Shown here piece by piece: positions 1 to 8,759 of a stretch of 64,000 nt of DNA (within the stretch, counting starts at the first letter, position 1; each line of letters starts with the position of its first letter). The notes under the pieces were generated by a model, which had not been told where the DNA came from, did no database searches, and saw nothing but the letters and a program-made list of their open reading frames with translations. A program made the position numbers and the translations under genes. Where the stretch lies: IMG/VR virus record IMGVR_UViG_3300031830_000001; one strand, given 5' to 3'. This stretch comes from an uncultured virus (IMG/VR IMGVR_UViG_3300031830_000001) (Duplodnaviria; Heunggongvirae; Uroviricota; Caudoviricetes).

Positions 1-263
1 TGGTCTCTCATAGTGTGAGATGGAAACTTTGCAAAATACCCATTTGTATCCAACCCATACCCATTTAGTACCAAAGTCTTTCCAGTTTGAATCTGCACTC
101 CATCCGAAATCTCACTCATTACACTATTCCCAATCGCATTCGTCCCCGTAAATTTGGGGATAGTATTAGTTGTCCCCGAACCTGTAATTACAGATGGCTT
201 ATTATTTACATCATCCCAAGTAATATCTACATCTAAGTTTGGTCTAATTTTCCGTCTTGGCAT
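1..263 (-). CDS. Partial ORF running off the window, tail fibre-like virion protein
   Basis: Hand translation from ATG at 263: MPRRKIRPNLDVDITWDDVNNKPSVITGSGTTNTIPKFTGTNAIGNS..., open to position 1. The ITWDDVxxKP and GxGTTNxIPKFT motifs are typical of tail fibres. Not in the ORF track. Confidence 0.6.
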   Translation of the reverse strand, partial: MPRRKIRPNLDVDITWDDVNNKPSVITGSGTTNTIPKFTGTNAIGNSVMSEISDGVQIQTGKTLVLNGYGLDTNGYFAKFPSHTMRD

Positions 264-600
264 TTTTCCATCCTCGCTGAATACTAGTTTCTATCTCCTT
301 TCTCTTTTCAGGCGGGATAATAATTTCGGGAGATTGTAAAATATCATAAATTATTGAATATAGCATATTAATTAATTGTCTATTATCCTCATATTGCAAC
401 ATCTTGTCCTCTAGTTTTTTATTTTTATCTTCTAGGACAAGAAGCGTTTCTTTCATAATTCTTAATGATTTCTCCGCCGTCTCAATAGCAGTTTTATCTT
501 TTTCCTCTTTAGGCTTTTCTTTTTCTATTTTCTTTATGACAACATTTGTTATAAACCCTACAATAGCGGCGATTAAAGCAGCAATGATTTGTTCATTCAT
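244..600 (-). CDS. Membrane-anchored coiled-coil protein (holin-like or unknown)
   Basis: N-terminal hydrophobic helix IIAALIAAIVGFI followed by coiled coil; GGAG RBS before ATG at 600. Confidence 0.55.
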   Translation of the reverse strand: MNEQIIAALIAAIVGFITNVVIKKIEKEKPKEEKDKTAIETAEKSLRIMKETLLVLEDKNKKLEDKMLQYEDNRQLINMLYSIIYDILQSPEIIIPPEKRKEIETSIQRGWKNAKTEN

Positions 601-952
601 AATAATCTCCAAAAAGTAAAATCCATATACCTAAAATTATGAATATTGCGGTATTTAGAAAGTATAAAACTACACCTCCTTGAAAAAATAGCAATAAATA
701 ATAGATACCAAAATAGATAAACGGCAAAGAAACTATCGTAGCCCGCAGCCTAGTTGTATTTCCATTGCCGAAAATTCCAAAGAATGCAGCATTAAACAGT
801 AAAATCCTAATAAGAAAATTAACCAAAAAATTGTATTCGTTTATAGAAGTAAAGCGTATTTCAAACCCATTAATTATTGCCATCATTATAATTATAAATG
901 AAAATAGCTTAATTGGCGTAAAAAATTTTCGTGCATTTTCAAGCAACAACAT
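593..952 (-). CDS. Small multi-pass membrane protein
   Basis: About 4 hydrophobic segments in 119 aa; AGGAGG RBS. Confidence 0.6.
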   Translation of the reverse strand: MLLLENARKFFTPIKLFSFIIIMMAIINGFEIRFTSINEYNFLVNFLIRILLFNAAFFGIFGNGNTTRLRATIVSLPFIYFGIYYLLLFFQGGVVLYFLNTAIFIILGIWILLFGDYYE

Positions 953-969
953 GTTATCCTCCTTGTAAT

Positions 970-1212
970 CTAGATAACCTGAACAGTATAATCATATTGT
1001 CCTATTTTAGGATTAGCCATGATTATATCAGCAGTTATTTGAGTAACTCTCACTGGTCTAAGCTCAGCAATAACTAAATCCAATGTAACTTGGGTAACTC
1101 GCGAATTCGGAATACCGCGAATCACGTTATCCAGCGTAACTTGGGTAACTCGCGAATTCGGAATACCGCGAATTATATTATCTAATGTAACTTGTGTAAC
1201 CCTAATTGGCAT
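970..1212 (-). CDS. Small repeat protein (RVTQVTLD repeats), probably virion-associated
   Basis: Four RVTQ(V/I)T units about 17 aa apart; abuts upstream tail gene. Confidence 0.7.
   Translation of the reverse strand: MPIRVTQVTLDNIIRGIPNSRVTQVTLDNVIRGIPNSRVTQVTLDLVIAELRPVRVTQITADIIMANPKIGQYDYTVQVI
1085..1173. repeat. 51-bp period tandem repeat
   Basis: gtaacttgggtaactcgcgaattcggaataccgcgaat identical at 1085 and 1136; degenerate copies on each side. Confidence 0.9.
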
Positions 1213-2210
1213 TATGACTCTACTATCTTAAATCCAAATTCGGCTGAATTTAAATCATTAAAAGACCAATCTTCATTAGTTCCAATTCTAGATTCATAAA
1301 TATTAAAATATGTTCTATAAGTATCTAATAAAGAAATAGAACTAGATTCTGCATTATTACTACCATAAGAGCCGATTAATTTAATAAATCTAGTTCCTGA
1401 GTCATCTTTTCTTGCTGTAACAGTTTGTTGAATACCAAGTAAAGAACCACTTATACTAGGTGCTGTAAACCCATATAAATCGTACATCCCAATTCCGCTT
1501 TGGGTAACATAATTTGTATCACTATTTTGCAGAGTCTCATTTACGGCTTGGTAGTTTGAGGCAGCCCCTACAGGTGAAAAATCAATACGCGAGCCATCCC
1601 TTGTTGGAGTATAGGATAATACTTTTATATCTCCAAGAAAGTCATTATTTTTCGTACCTGAATTATCACAAATATACCAATCATCGAAAAAAAACCCGTC
1701 ATGACCCCTAATTTTAACTCTTTCAGTTTTTGGATTACTACTATCAAAAGCAGTATTTATCCCAGAAACATTTAAAATTTCTACCCCATTTAGTCTTACT
1801 ATAACATATCCTCCAGATGAAGCACAGTAAGCTTTCATCTCAACATAGTACCAAGTATAAAGATTAATATAAATATTCGTAGAATAATATGCAGCTCCTT
1901 GCCTAATAGACACATAAAGCAAACCCAAAGTATTTACACGTAATTCTACATTCATATTATCTGATGAATTAGCGAAACCCAAAAAATAATGGTCGTAATG
2001 AAAAGCATATGTAATGAATGCTACTCCAGATATAGCAGTTGATACTCCCCGGGGAATTCTTTTTATTACGTCTCCACCTCCATAAATCCCCCGAAGAGCA
2101 TAATTACCATTTCTTCCAGGAGAAGATAAAAAATATCTAAAATCTCCGGCATCAAAATAACTGGCTAAATCACTATTAGTCTCAAATCCAGTAGCAAATA
2201 ATAAAGCCAT
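1212..2210 (-). CDS. Virion structural protein with lectin/LamG-like beta-sandwich
   Basis: WYYVEMK, VRLNG and DDWYICD motifs typical of phage concanavalin-like tail proteins; GGAGG RBS before 2210. Confidence 0.6.
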   Translation of the reverse strand: MALLFATGFETNSDLASYFDAGDFRYFLSSPGRNGNYALRGIYGGGDVIKRIPRGVSTAISGVAFITYAFHYDHYFLGFANSSDNMNVELRVNTLGLLYVSIRQGAAYYSTNIYINLYTWYYVEMKAYCASSGGYVIVRLNGVEILNVSGINTAFDSSNPKTERVKIRGHDGFFFDDWYICDNSGTKNNDFLGDIKVLSYTPTRDGSRIDFSPVGAASNYQAVNETLQNSDTNYVTQSGIGMYDLYGFTAPSISGSLLGIQQTVTARKDDSGTRFIKLIGSYGSNNAESSSISLLDTYRTYFNIYESRIGTNEDWSFNDLNSAEFGFKIVES

Positions 2211-2211
2211 T

Positions 2212-3510
2212 TTAAACCTCCGAAACAATACGAATATGAACTGTCAAATCACTCGCTGTTATATCGCCTTGAGAAATCTCAAGTTGAAAGTAATCATTAT
2301 AAGTAATCGAATCATTAAATCCCGTGTTTATAGTTTTTATTTTCTGCCCAACTGGGATTTCAATATAATTGGGCGTAGTAAGAATATTTGAACCATTTTT
2401 CAAGATTTTCAATCTTAAATTATTTGTGCTTGGCGGGGTATTTACATAACACAAGATTTCCTCAATTTTAGGATTATCACCTACTTGATGAAGATAAATT
2501 CTAATTGGTTTCACTTCAATATTATATAAATTATTTCCCGCGATTGTAAAAACAATTTGTTGCCTAATCTGTTTAGTAAAGCTAATCGCGTCTAGATTTG
2601 CCCAACGCATTCCTAGGGATTCAGTCAAGTCGGTTACTAAAATTAGATTGCCACTTGCTGGATGATACAATTTACTAAAACCATTTCCATTCCCGACAAT
2701 AAGACTTCCTAATTGCCCAGGCAGTAGCCCAGAAAAAATCGTAATTGGAGCAACTAAAGAATTAACCTCATCTTTTGTATAAAAATAATTTATTGCCCGT
2801 TCATAATTAAGATATTGAATATGGTCATCTGCATCTAGATTGGATAATGAACCATGACTAATAGGAATTGCTAATGGGACACTAACCCCAACATCATAAT
2901 TTACAAAGAGAATATCACCAGTTTGAGGAGCAAAGTCTAGTTGAAAACTATTTGAACTAACACTAGTTGGAGTTTGTTGCAACCCATTAAGAAAAACTTG
3001 TAAACTATTTTGTAAAATACTGTGAGGTAGGGAAAAAGTAGTTCTGGAACCATCAATTTGACTAGATAAATTTACATTACAAATACCAGAGGGAATGATA
3101 ACATTATTTTCTAAACCAGATGTTGTAATAAAAATATTAACTCCGCTATTGCCAATAGGTTCAACTGCAACCGCTCCGATAAAATTCATTAAACGAACAT
3201 CATTAGCAACAACTGTGCCCTCCTCTTGAATTGTCAAACCAGAATATGTTAATGCTGTTTCAAGGTTGCCAATTCGATAGCGAATATGATTTAAATTATC
3301 TAAGAGAGAAGGTGAACCAGAAGTTGTTGGTGTAGCCGCCTCGCTAGTGTCATAAGCTACCCTTGTTTGAGGTAAATACCCTATATAACCCCCAGGTCTA
3401 GAGCCTTCACCTCCAGCTTCTCCACTTGAACCTCCCAAATGAAGAGGTCGAGACTCAATATACCTTCTTACATTATCAAGAACCTCATAAAAAAATCGTT
3501 CAAAATTCAT
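2212..3510 (-). CDS. Tail fibre/baseplate-associated structural protein
   Basis: DGSRTTF..LQVFLNGLQQ..APQTGD module and HGSLSNLDADDHIQY motif; position in tail module. Confidence 0.6.
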   Translation of the reverse strand: MNFERFFYEVLDNVRRYIESRPLHLGGSSGEAGGEGSRPGGYIGYLPQTRVAYDTSEAATPTTSGSPSLLDNLNHIRYRIGNLETALTYSGLTIQEEGTVVANDVRLMNFIGAVAVEPIGNSGVNIFITTSGLENNVIIPSGICNVNLSSQIDGSRTTFSLPHSILQNSLQVFLNGLQQTPTSVSSNSFQLDFAPQTGDILFVNYDVGVSVPLAIPISHGSLSNLDADDHIQYLNYERAINYFYTKDEVNSLVAPITIFSGLLPGQLGSLIVGNGNGFSKLYHPASGNLILVTDLTESLGMRWANLDAISFTKQIRQQIVFTIAGNNLYNIEVKPIRIYLHQVGDNPKIEEILCYVNTPPSTNNLRLKILKNGSNILTTPNYIEIPVGQKIKTINTGFNDSITYNDYFQLEISQGDITASDLTVHIRIVSEV

Positions 3511-6500
3511 AATAAATCATCCACACGAATTGTCAAAATTTTGGCAGAGGGATTGGGACATGTTCTCCAAATTTCCTTATCAAATTCGTAAAATGTACTT
3601 AAGTCATTCATAAATACAAATGGTGTTGGAGGAATATTAGAAGTTTCAACATGATAAATAAGATTATTACTGTACTTAAGAACTGCAGGACTTGTATTTA
3701 AATCAATATCTTGGATATATAAACTCTTATTAACAGGAATTGCAATATAACGCATATTTTCTATATCAATTATACCAGATTCTACAATTCCTGATGCAAT
3801 ATATGGAATTTCCATAATGTCCACAATGCGTTCATCATTTCCCGTTAAGCTGGTGTAACTAAAAGCTGAAAAATCAATTGTATAAATTTTTGTCCCTAAA
3901 CCACCACTAAAGGGAACTAAAGACCCTGAAACGCTTGGTAACCAATATTCAAAGGGGTTATAAGTAATATAAGGATAAACCTTTGATACCTCAACATTTA
4001 TAGGTAATAGTTCTACATTAACTAAATTTGTAGTTCCAAAATAATTTTGATATAAAACAGGAAATACAAAATATCCTGTAACAGTTGTCCTAAATACCCA
4101 AAAAGCGCTTCTCCTAAACAAAATTCCATTGTGAATTACTGGAGGAGCTGATTCACATTTCTCACCAAAAGCCATTTCAAAATAAAACCCTGTAATAAAC
4201 TTTTTTAGAATTCCAGTATTATAGTCAATTCCGTATAAGTTTCCTCCTCCCCAGCAGGATGTAAAGACATAAATTGTATTGTCAAAAAAATCTATATAAG
4301 GACAAACATGAGGGAGAACGCTGCCTAAATCCCATTCATAAAAAACTGGAATAGGTATTTGAACTTCATCCCCCGTTAAAGGGTCTATCTTCCCAATATA
4401 AAAATTATAACCACGTGAAAGTCTATGCGCGCCGATGTAGGAGGGTAAATAACCAGAAGGTGCAACTAGAGGAACGGAAATCAAAGGTGCGGGAGAGTCA
4501 GCTATAGAACTTTTTGTCAATAATGGTATTATAAATCCATCCTTGTTAACATTAAGCCTAACAAACCCACCCGCTCGCCGAGATATCCACGTTGGATAAA
4601 CAGACTCTTCAGGGTCATAGCAGCAGGGATTAGGAACCCAGGGTTTATAGTAAAAACTCTGGTAATTAAATTCTATATAAGCATCTATGATTGTTGTACC
4701 CTTTTCATCTAATACATGCCCTCGACAAATAATGTTATTATTTCCAGTAGGAAGCTCAGAACCTAATAACCACACAATTAGCCCGTTCCCCCCTGATTCA
4801 GGGTTTGAACATGCACCATCACTCTCTACCTTAGCCCAATAAACTCTTTTAACAAAACAAAATTCGTTAAAATCAACTGGAGGGGTTGCTTCAATTTGTT
4901 CATAATTATCATCATTAAAAACCTTATTACCTAAAGCAACAAAAATAAGATAAGATGATATAATAGGCACATTACTTAAAATTCTACATTGTCCATCTAT
5001 AATTGATTTTTTATCTAATACCCAGAAATTTGCACCGATAACTGCTGCACTAGCATAGGGGATTTTTATTGGTGGTGATACATATAAGCAATGTACATCA
5101 TAAAGAGATGATTCCTCTAAAACTTTTACAATTCTTTTTTCTTGAGTTTCTACATTATATCTAACAAGAAATAAACCCAAATGATTTCCATATTCAGCCC
5201 AAAATGGCGCTAAAATAACCCCGTTATCGCAAAGCACATCTTGATTATAGAGGCCGCCCTGTCCTCTGAAACAAAAATTAAAATGTCCTAAATTTTGAGG
5301 TTCATCAACAAAGATTTCCCTATTCTTGATTATTTCAGTGCCAGATAGTGTTGTATAACTGTAATCTGTAAAAATATATTTCCCGTGAAAAATTTTATTT
5401 CCATCAGAGGAAGTCGGTCTTTGCCCTTGCCCGTATGTATCTATAGTAATATAATGTAATTCTGGATGGTCAGCCTTCTTCTCTAAATGTAGAAATCTAT
5501 TATTATAACCAAATGGAGGAATCATCCCACTAATTAAGTTGGGATGACGAATAGGTAGTCCAGTTAGGGTTGTTACCCCACTTGGTGTAAAGTCATAAAT
5601 AGACAATCCATAACCACCATGGAAACTTAAAGTAAATATTCTTCCATTATCATATAATGAATGGGTACTTATCCAGTCAAAACTTTTGATATATGAGCAT
5701 ACATCTCTCGCCAAACCAGACAAAAATGCCCCAGAATAAACTAATACTCCAGATGAACTATAAAGATAGTTGTCTTGATGCTTATCCTCTACAACTCCTC
5801 CCGATGTAGTAAGTAATTGAGGACCAAAAATAAAAGGCAAAGTTTCTTCAGGTGCTTTAATAGGATAAGTATTACGTTCACCTACCTTCAGAAAGTCTGA
5901 AATATCTCCTATACCAGCAATAAAAGTATTCGCTGAGTGTCTATCTAAATCATGAATTAACACTCTATTTGTAAAATATAGTGAAACTGGAAATTTATTT
6001 TTTACCTTTCCAGAACTATCAAATTGAACAACCCAAGACCTAAAAGTATGAAAATCTGTATCTAATTCGTAATAATTATAACCTACAAAATAATCTCCAG
6101 TAACTTGGTCAATCGAGCAGCTAATTGCTTTTACTTCTTCTTCTGTGTATTCATTAATTCCATCTGAAAAAGAACCTGGACGTAATTTTGACCAATTGGT
6201 ACCCTCACTGCGAATGTACGCATATCCATCATCTGCAACACAAATAAAATTGCCAGCATAAATTCTTAAGTCCTTAACTGTTAGATTCCCTAACCCAGAA
6301 CTAAAATCATACCAACCAGTCCCACCTATATATTTTCTTTTTACTCCCCCTCCCTGAGTTCCGACATAGACATAGTCATTGTAATTTGGGTTTGTCCCCC
6401 AATCAAACCAAGCAAATAATCTTGGGCATCGTTTATCCAAAGTTAGAGTTGTTTTTACTCCTGCCGAACTTACATTTACTTCTATATCTGTAATAATACT

Positions 6501-7373
6501 CGTGCTTTTGTGATAAGTTAAATTTAATCTAACAACATCTCCAATAGTTAATCCTGTAAATCCTGGGGCAACTAATTTCTTTTCTTTATTTAGTTTGCTA
6601 AAAGTCGCTAAAAGAAGATTGCCTAAATATTTTGCCACCTTTAAAGAGTGAATTGCACCGTTACTTAAAACAACCGAGCGAATATCTTTTTTATGTCTAT
6701 CCCAGGGAGTATAAACTCTCTTACTAAAGAGAACGGGTTTCTTAGAACTAGAATCATACCCTCCCCATACGATTGCTTTATTTCGTAACGAGTTATCATT
6801 ATAAGAATAAGAAAATTCTAATACATTAGAATCAGAAAAAGTAAACTTAACGTTTGACAAAGACGCCTTTAATTTACCAATCCTGCATATATTATTCTCA
6901 TCAAAGTAAAAATACCAACCGCTTTGCTGACAAAGTAGTAAAACAGCGTCATAAGCTGATTGTGTCCCTAATTGCGTTTCAGGCGCAACTGGAGCGCCAT
7001 TTCCAGAGACAGAAAACGAATAAGAAACACCAGCTCTAGATAAAATATCAATAAGTAACTCTCTAGAATATTTAATTACATTTGTAGGTGTAGTAATATC
7101 ATCTAAAAAATAATCCGATAATTTTTTAGAACCATCCTGAGCTTCTACAGCTAGTTCACCCGTATTCTCCTTATAAGTTATGGAGGAGATATAATAAGTG
7201 CCAACTTTTTCGGCATTTTCATAGACAACTAACTGTTTCCATAGTTGGAGATTAGCAGAATTAGAAACGACTAAGCTGATTCTTCCAATGCCATCACAAA
7301 TTGCATGAGTTCGACTATATGATACAACAAGGTGGGAAATATTTTCTGAATCAGCAATAATCTGATAGTTCAT
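3507..7373 (-). CDS. Large tail tip/central fibre protein (hub-like N-terminus, beta-propeller-like C-terminus)
   Basis: N-terminus resembles the upstream hub protein (LRNKAIVWG vs LRNRVVVYG); ATGA overlap supports start at 7373. Confidence 0.65.
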   Translation of the reverse strand: MNYQIIADSENISHLVVSYSRTHAICDGIGRISLVVSNSANLQLWKQLVVYENAEKVGTYYISSITYKENTGELAVEAQDGSKKLSDYFLDDITTPTNVIKYSRELLIDILSRAGVSYSFSVSGNGAPVAPETQLGTQSAYDAVLLLCQQSGWYFYFDENNICRIGKLKASLSNVKFTFSDSNVLEFSYSYNDNSLRNKAIVWGGYDSSSKKPVLFSKRVYTPWDRHKKDIRSVVLSNGAIHSLKVAKYLGNLLLATFSKLNKEKKLVAPGFTGLTIGDVVRLNLTYHKSTSIITDIEVNVSSAGVKTTLTLDKRCPRLFAWFDWGTNPNYNDYVYVGTQGGGVKRKYIGGTGWYDFSSGLGNLTVKDLRIYAGNFICVADDGYAYIRSEGTNWSKLRPGSFSDGINEYTEEEVKAISCSIDQVTGDYFVGYNYYELDTDFHTFRSWVVQFDSSGKVKNKFPVSLYFTNRVLIHDLDRHSANTFIAGIGDISDFLKVGERNTYPIKAPEETLPFIFGPQLLTTSGGVVEDKHQDNYLYSSSGVLVYSGAFLSGLARDVCSYIKSFDWISTHSLYDNGRIFTLSFHGGYGLSIYDFTPSGVTTLTGLPIRHPNLISGMIPPFGYNNRFLHLEKKADHPELHYITIDTYGQGQRPTSSDGNKIFHGKYIFTDYSYTTLSGTEIIKNREIFVDEPQNLGHFNFCFRGQGGLYNQDVLCDNGVILAPFWAEYGNHLGLFLVRYNVETQEKRIVKVLEESSLYDVHCLYVSPPIKIPYASAAVIGANFWVLDKKSIIDGQCRILSNVPIISSYLIFVALGNKVFNDDNYEQIEATPPVDFNEFCFVKRVYWAKVESDGACSNPESGGNGLIVWLLGSELPTGNNNIICRGHVLDEKGTTIIDAYIEFNYQSFYYKPWVPNPCCYDPEESVYPTWISRRAGGFVRLNVNKDGFIIPLLTKSSIADSPAPLISVPLVAPSGYLPSYIGAHRLSRGYNFYIGKIDPLTGDEVQIPIPVFYEWDLGSVLPHVCPYIDFFDNTIYVFTSCWGGGNLYGIDYNTGILKKFITGFYFEMAFGEKCESAPPVIHNGILFRRSAFWVFRTTVTGYFVFPVLYQNYFGTTNLVNVELLPINVEVSKVYPYITYNPFEYWLPSVSGSLVPFSGGLGTKIYTIDFSAFSYTSLTGNDERIVDIMEIPYIASGIVESGIIDIENMRYIAIPVNKSLYIQDIDLNTSPAVLKYSNNLIYHVETSNIPPTPFVFMNDLSTFYEFDKEIWRTCPNPSAKILTIRVDDLL

Positions 7374-8395
7374 AATCGCACCATTAAATCCGTAGTATAA
7401 CCGCCAGAACCCCAGCGATGTTCTACCTGATAAACATACCAATTTCTATTATTACTCAACCCAGGATAATTAATTCTTACAATACTCCTCGCCTGAATAT
7501 TTGGGTTTCCCTCTACACTTAACCTCATACTCACATCTAACCTATTTAGCTTATTTAGATTATAATTAGCGGTCTTTTGGCATAGATTTGTATTGCCGAT
7601 AAGATTAGAGGCAATAACAACACTTTTATAAAACCCAGAAGGCAAAACTGGTATTGTTGTACCCGTATCTGGGTCAAATGATGTTGCCGAAGAGGCTGTA
7701 GCATGGGCTTTTTTATCACCATAAACAACAACCCTATTTCGTAAATTTGTTTCATTTTTTACCTTTTCTATAGATATAATTGACATCTCATTCAAAGTAA
7801 TGGATGGAGTAATAGTTCTTTCATCTACTGTATCACCTGGTTGTCCTGTGTCTCCAGTCATTATATAAGGTTTTCGATTTTTAAAGTGGATAGTTCCATT
7901 TCTATCTGCCCACAATGTCCAAGTTACTATATCAGCTATAGATTTACAATAATCAAAAACTGAAATCAAATTTACTTCAGCGTCAACATTAATAGCTAAA
8001 GTAAATCCCGTAGCCTGATAAGAATAACTAGTCAAACCCGCTAAAGCTAGCACATCCCTTACTAAATTTTCTGCAGCTATATTACGCCTTTTGAAGGGAT
8101 TTTCAGGATTATCACTGGCTACAAAATAATCGATAGCCCTGCTCATGTAATCATGAAAGGTTAATGTATATTCTCCTTGAGGTATCTTTAGGTCTTTTTG
8201 CTTTAAATATCCCTTAAAAACTTTCGTATAGGAATTTACATAACCTAGAAAAATCTCCACCTCATCACCAATATTCAAGGATTCATCCTCACATTCTACT
8301 ACCGCAATTGTAACTGGCGATGTATGGCTTTCACTAATTACTACTGATTTGATATTTTCAACACCAGTACAAGTAGCATAAAGAATTTTACTCAT
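7370..8395 (-). CDS. Baseplate hub/tail protein
   Basis: Two genes after tape measure; GNPNIQARSIV..WYVYQVEHRW..GYTTDL C-terminus is typical of hub proteins. Confidence 0.65.
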   Translation of the reverse strand: MSKILYATCTGVENIKSVVISESHTSPVTIAVVECEDESLNIGDEVEIFLGYVNSYTKVFKGYLKQKDLKIPQGEYTLTFHDYMSRAIDYFVASDNPENPFKRRNIAAENLVRDVLALAGLTSYSYQATGFTLAINVDAEVNLISVFDYCKSIADIVTWTLWADRNGTIHFKNRKPYIMTGDTGQPGDTVDERTITPSITLNEMSIISIEKVKNETNLRNRVVVYGDKKAHATASSATSFDPDTGTTIPVLPSGFYKSVVIASNLIGNTNLCQKTANYNLNKLNRLDVSMRLSVEGNPNIQARSIVRINYPGLSNNRNWYVYQVEHRWGSGGYTTDLMVRL

Positions 8396-8750
8396 TACGA
8401 TAAAGCTCCAAACTAACGTGATAAACAGGAGAATTCTTAGGCAAATCTGGTCGTAAAGTTTGACAAATAAAATTTGTCAAGCTATCCTTCATAGATTTTA
8501 CAATTAGCCCGCTAATTGAAATACCATAAGCTCCAGTTAAAGTGTGGGTATTTCCATCACGAACTTTGGCTTTTATGGCATTTCTATCCACATGTCCTAC
8601 AACATAACATTCAAGATTAATAACTTCAGATTCAGCTCCAAAAATGTGGTGAATTGTTAACCCCCGAAGAGGTTGCAATCTGGCAACAATCTGAGTGTTC
8701 GTAGTATCAAATCTTTGAACAAAAATTCTGGTTGTATCTAAGTACCACAT
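8388..8750 (-). CDS. Putative distal tail protein
   Basis: Immediately downstream of tape measure; synteny only. Confidence 0.5.
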   Translation of the reverse strand: MWYLDTTRIFVQRFDTTNTQIVARLQPLRGLTIHHIFGAESEVINLECYVVGHVDRNAIKAKVRDGNTHTLTGAYGISISGLIVKSMKDSLTNFICQTLRPDLPKNSPVYHVSLELYRNE

Positions 8751-8759
8751 AATACCTAC

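Noticed and set aside
970..7373. Diversity-generating retroelement acting on tail fibres
   Set aside because: No reverse transcriptase and no adenine-specific TR/VR pair noticed in the window
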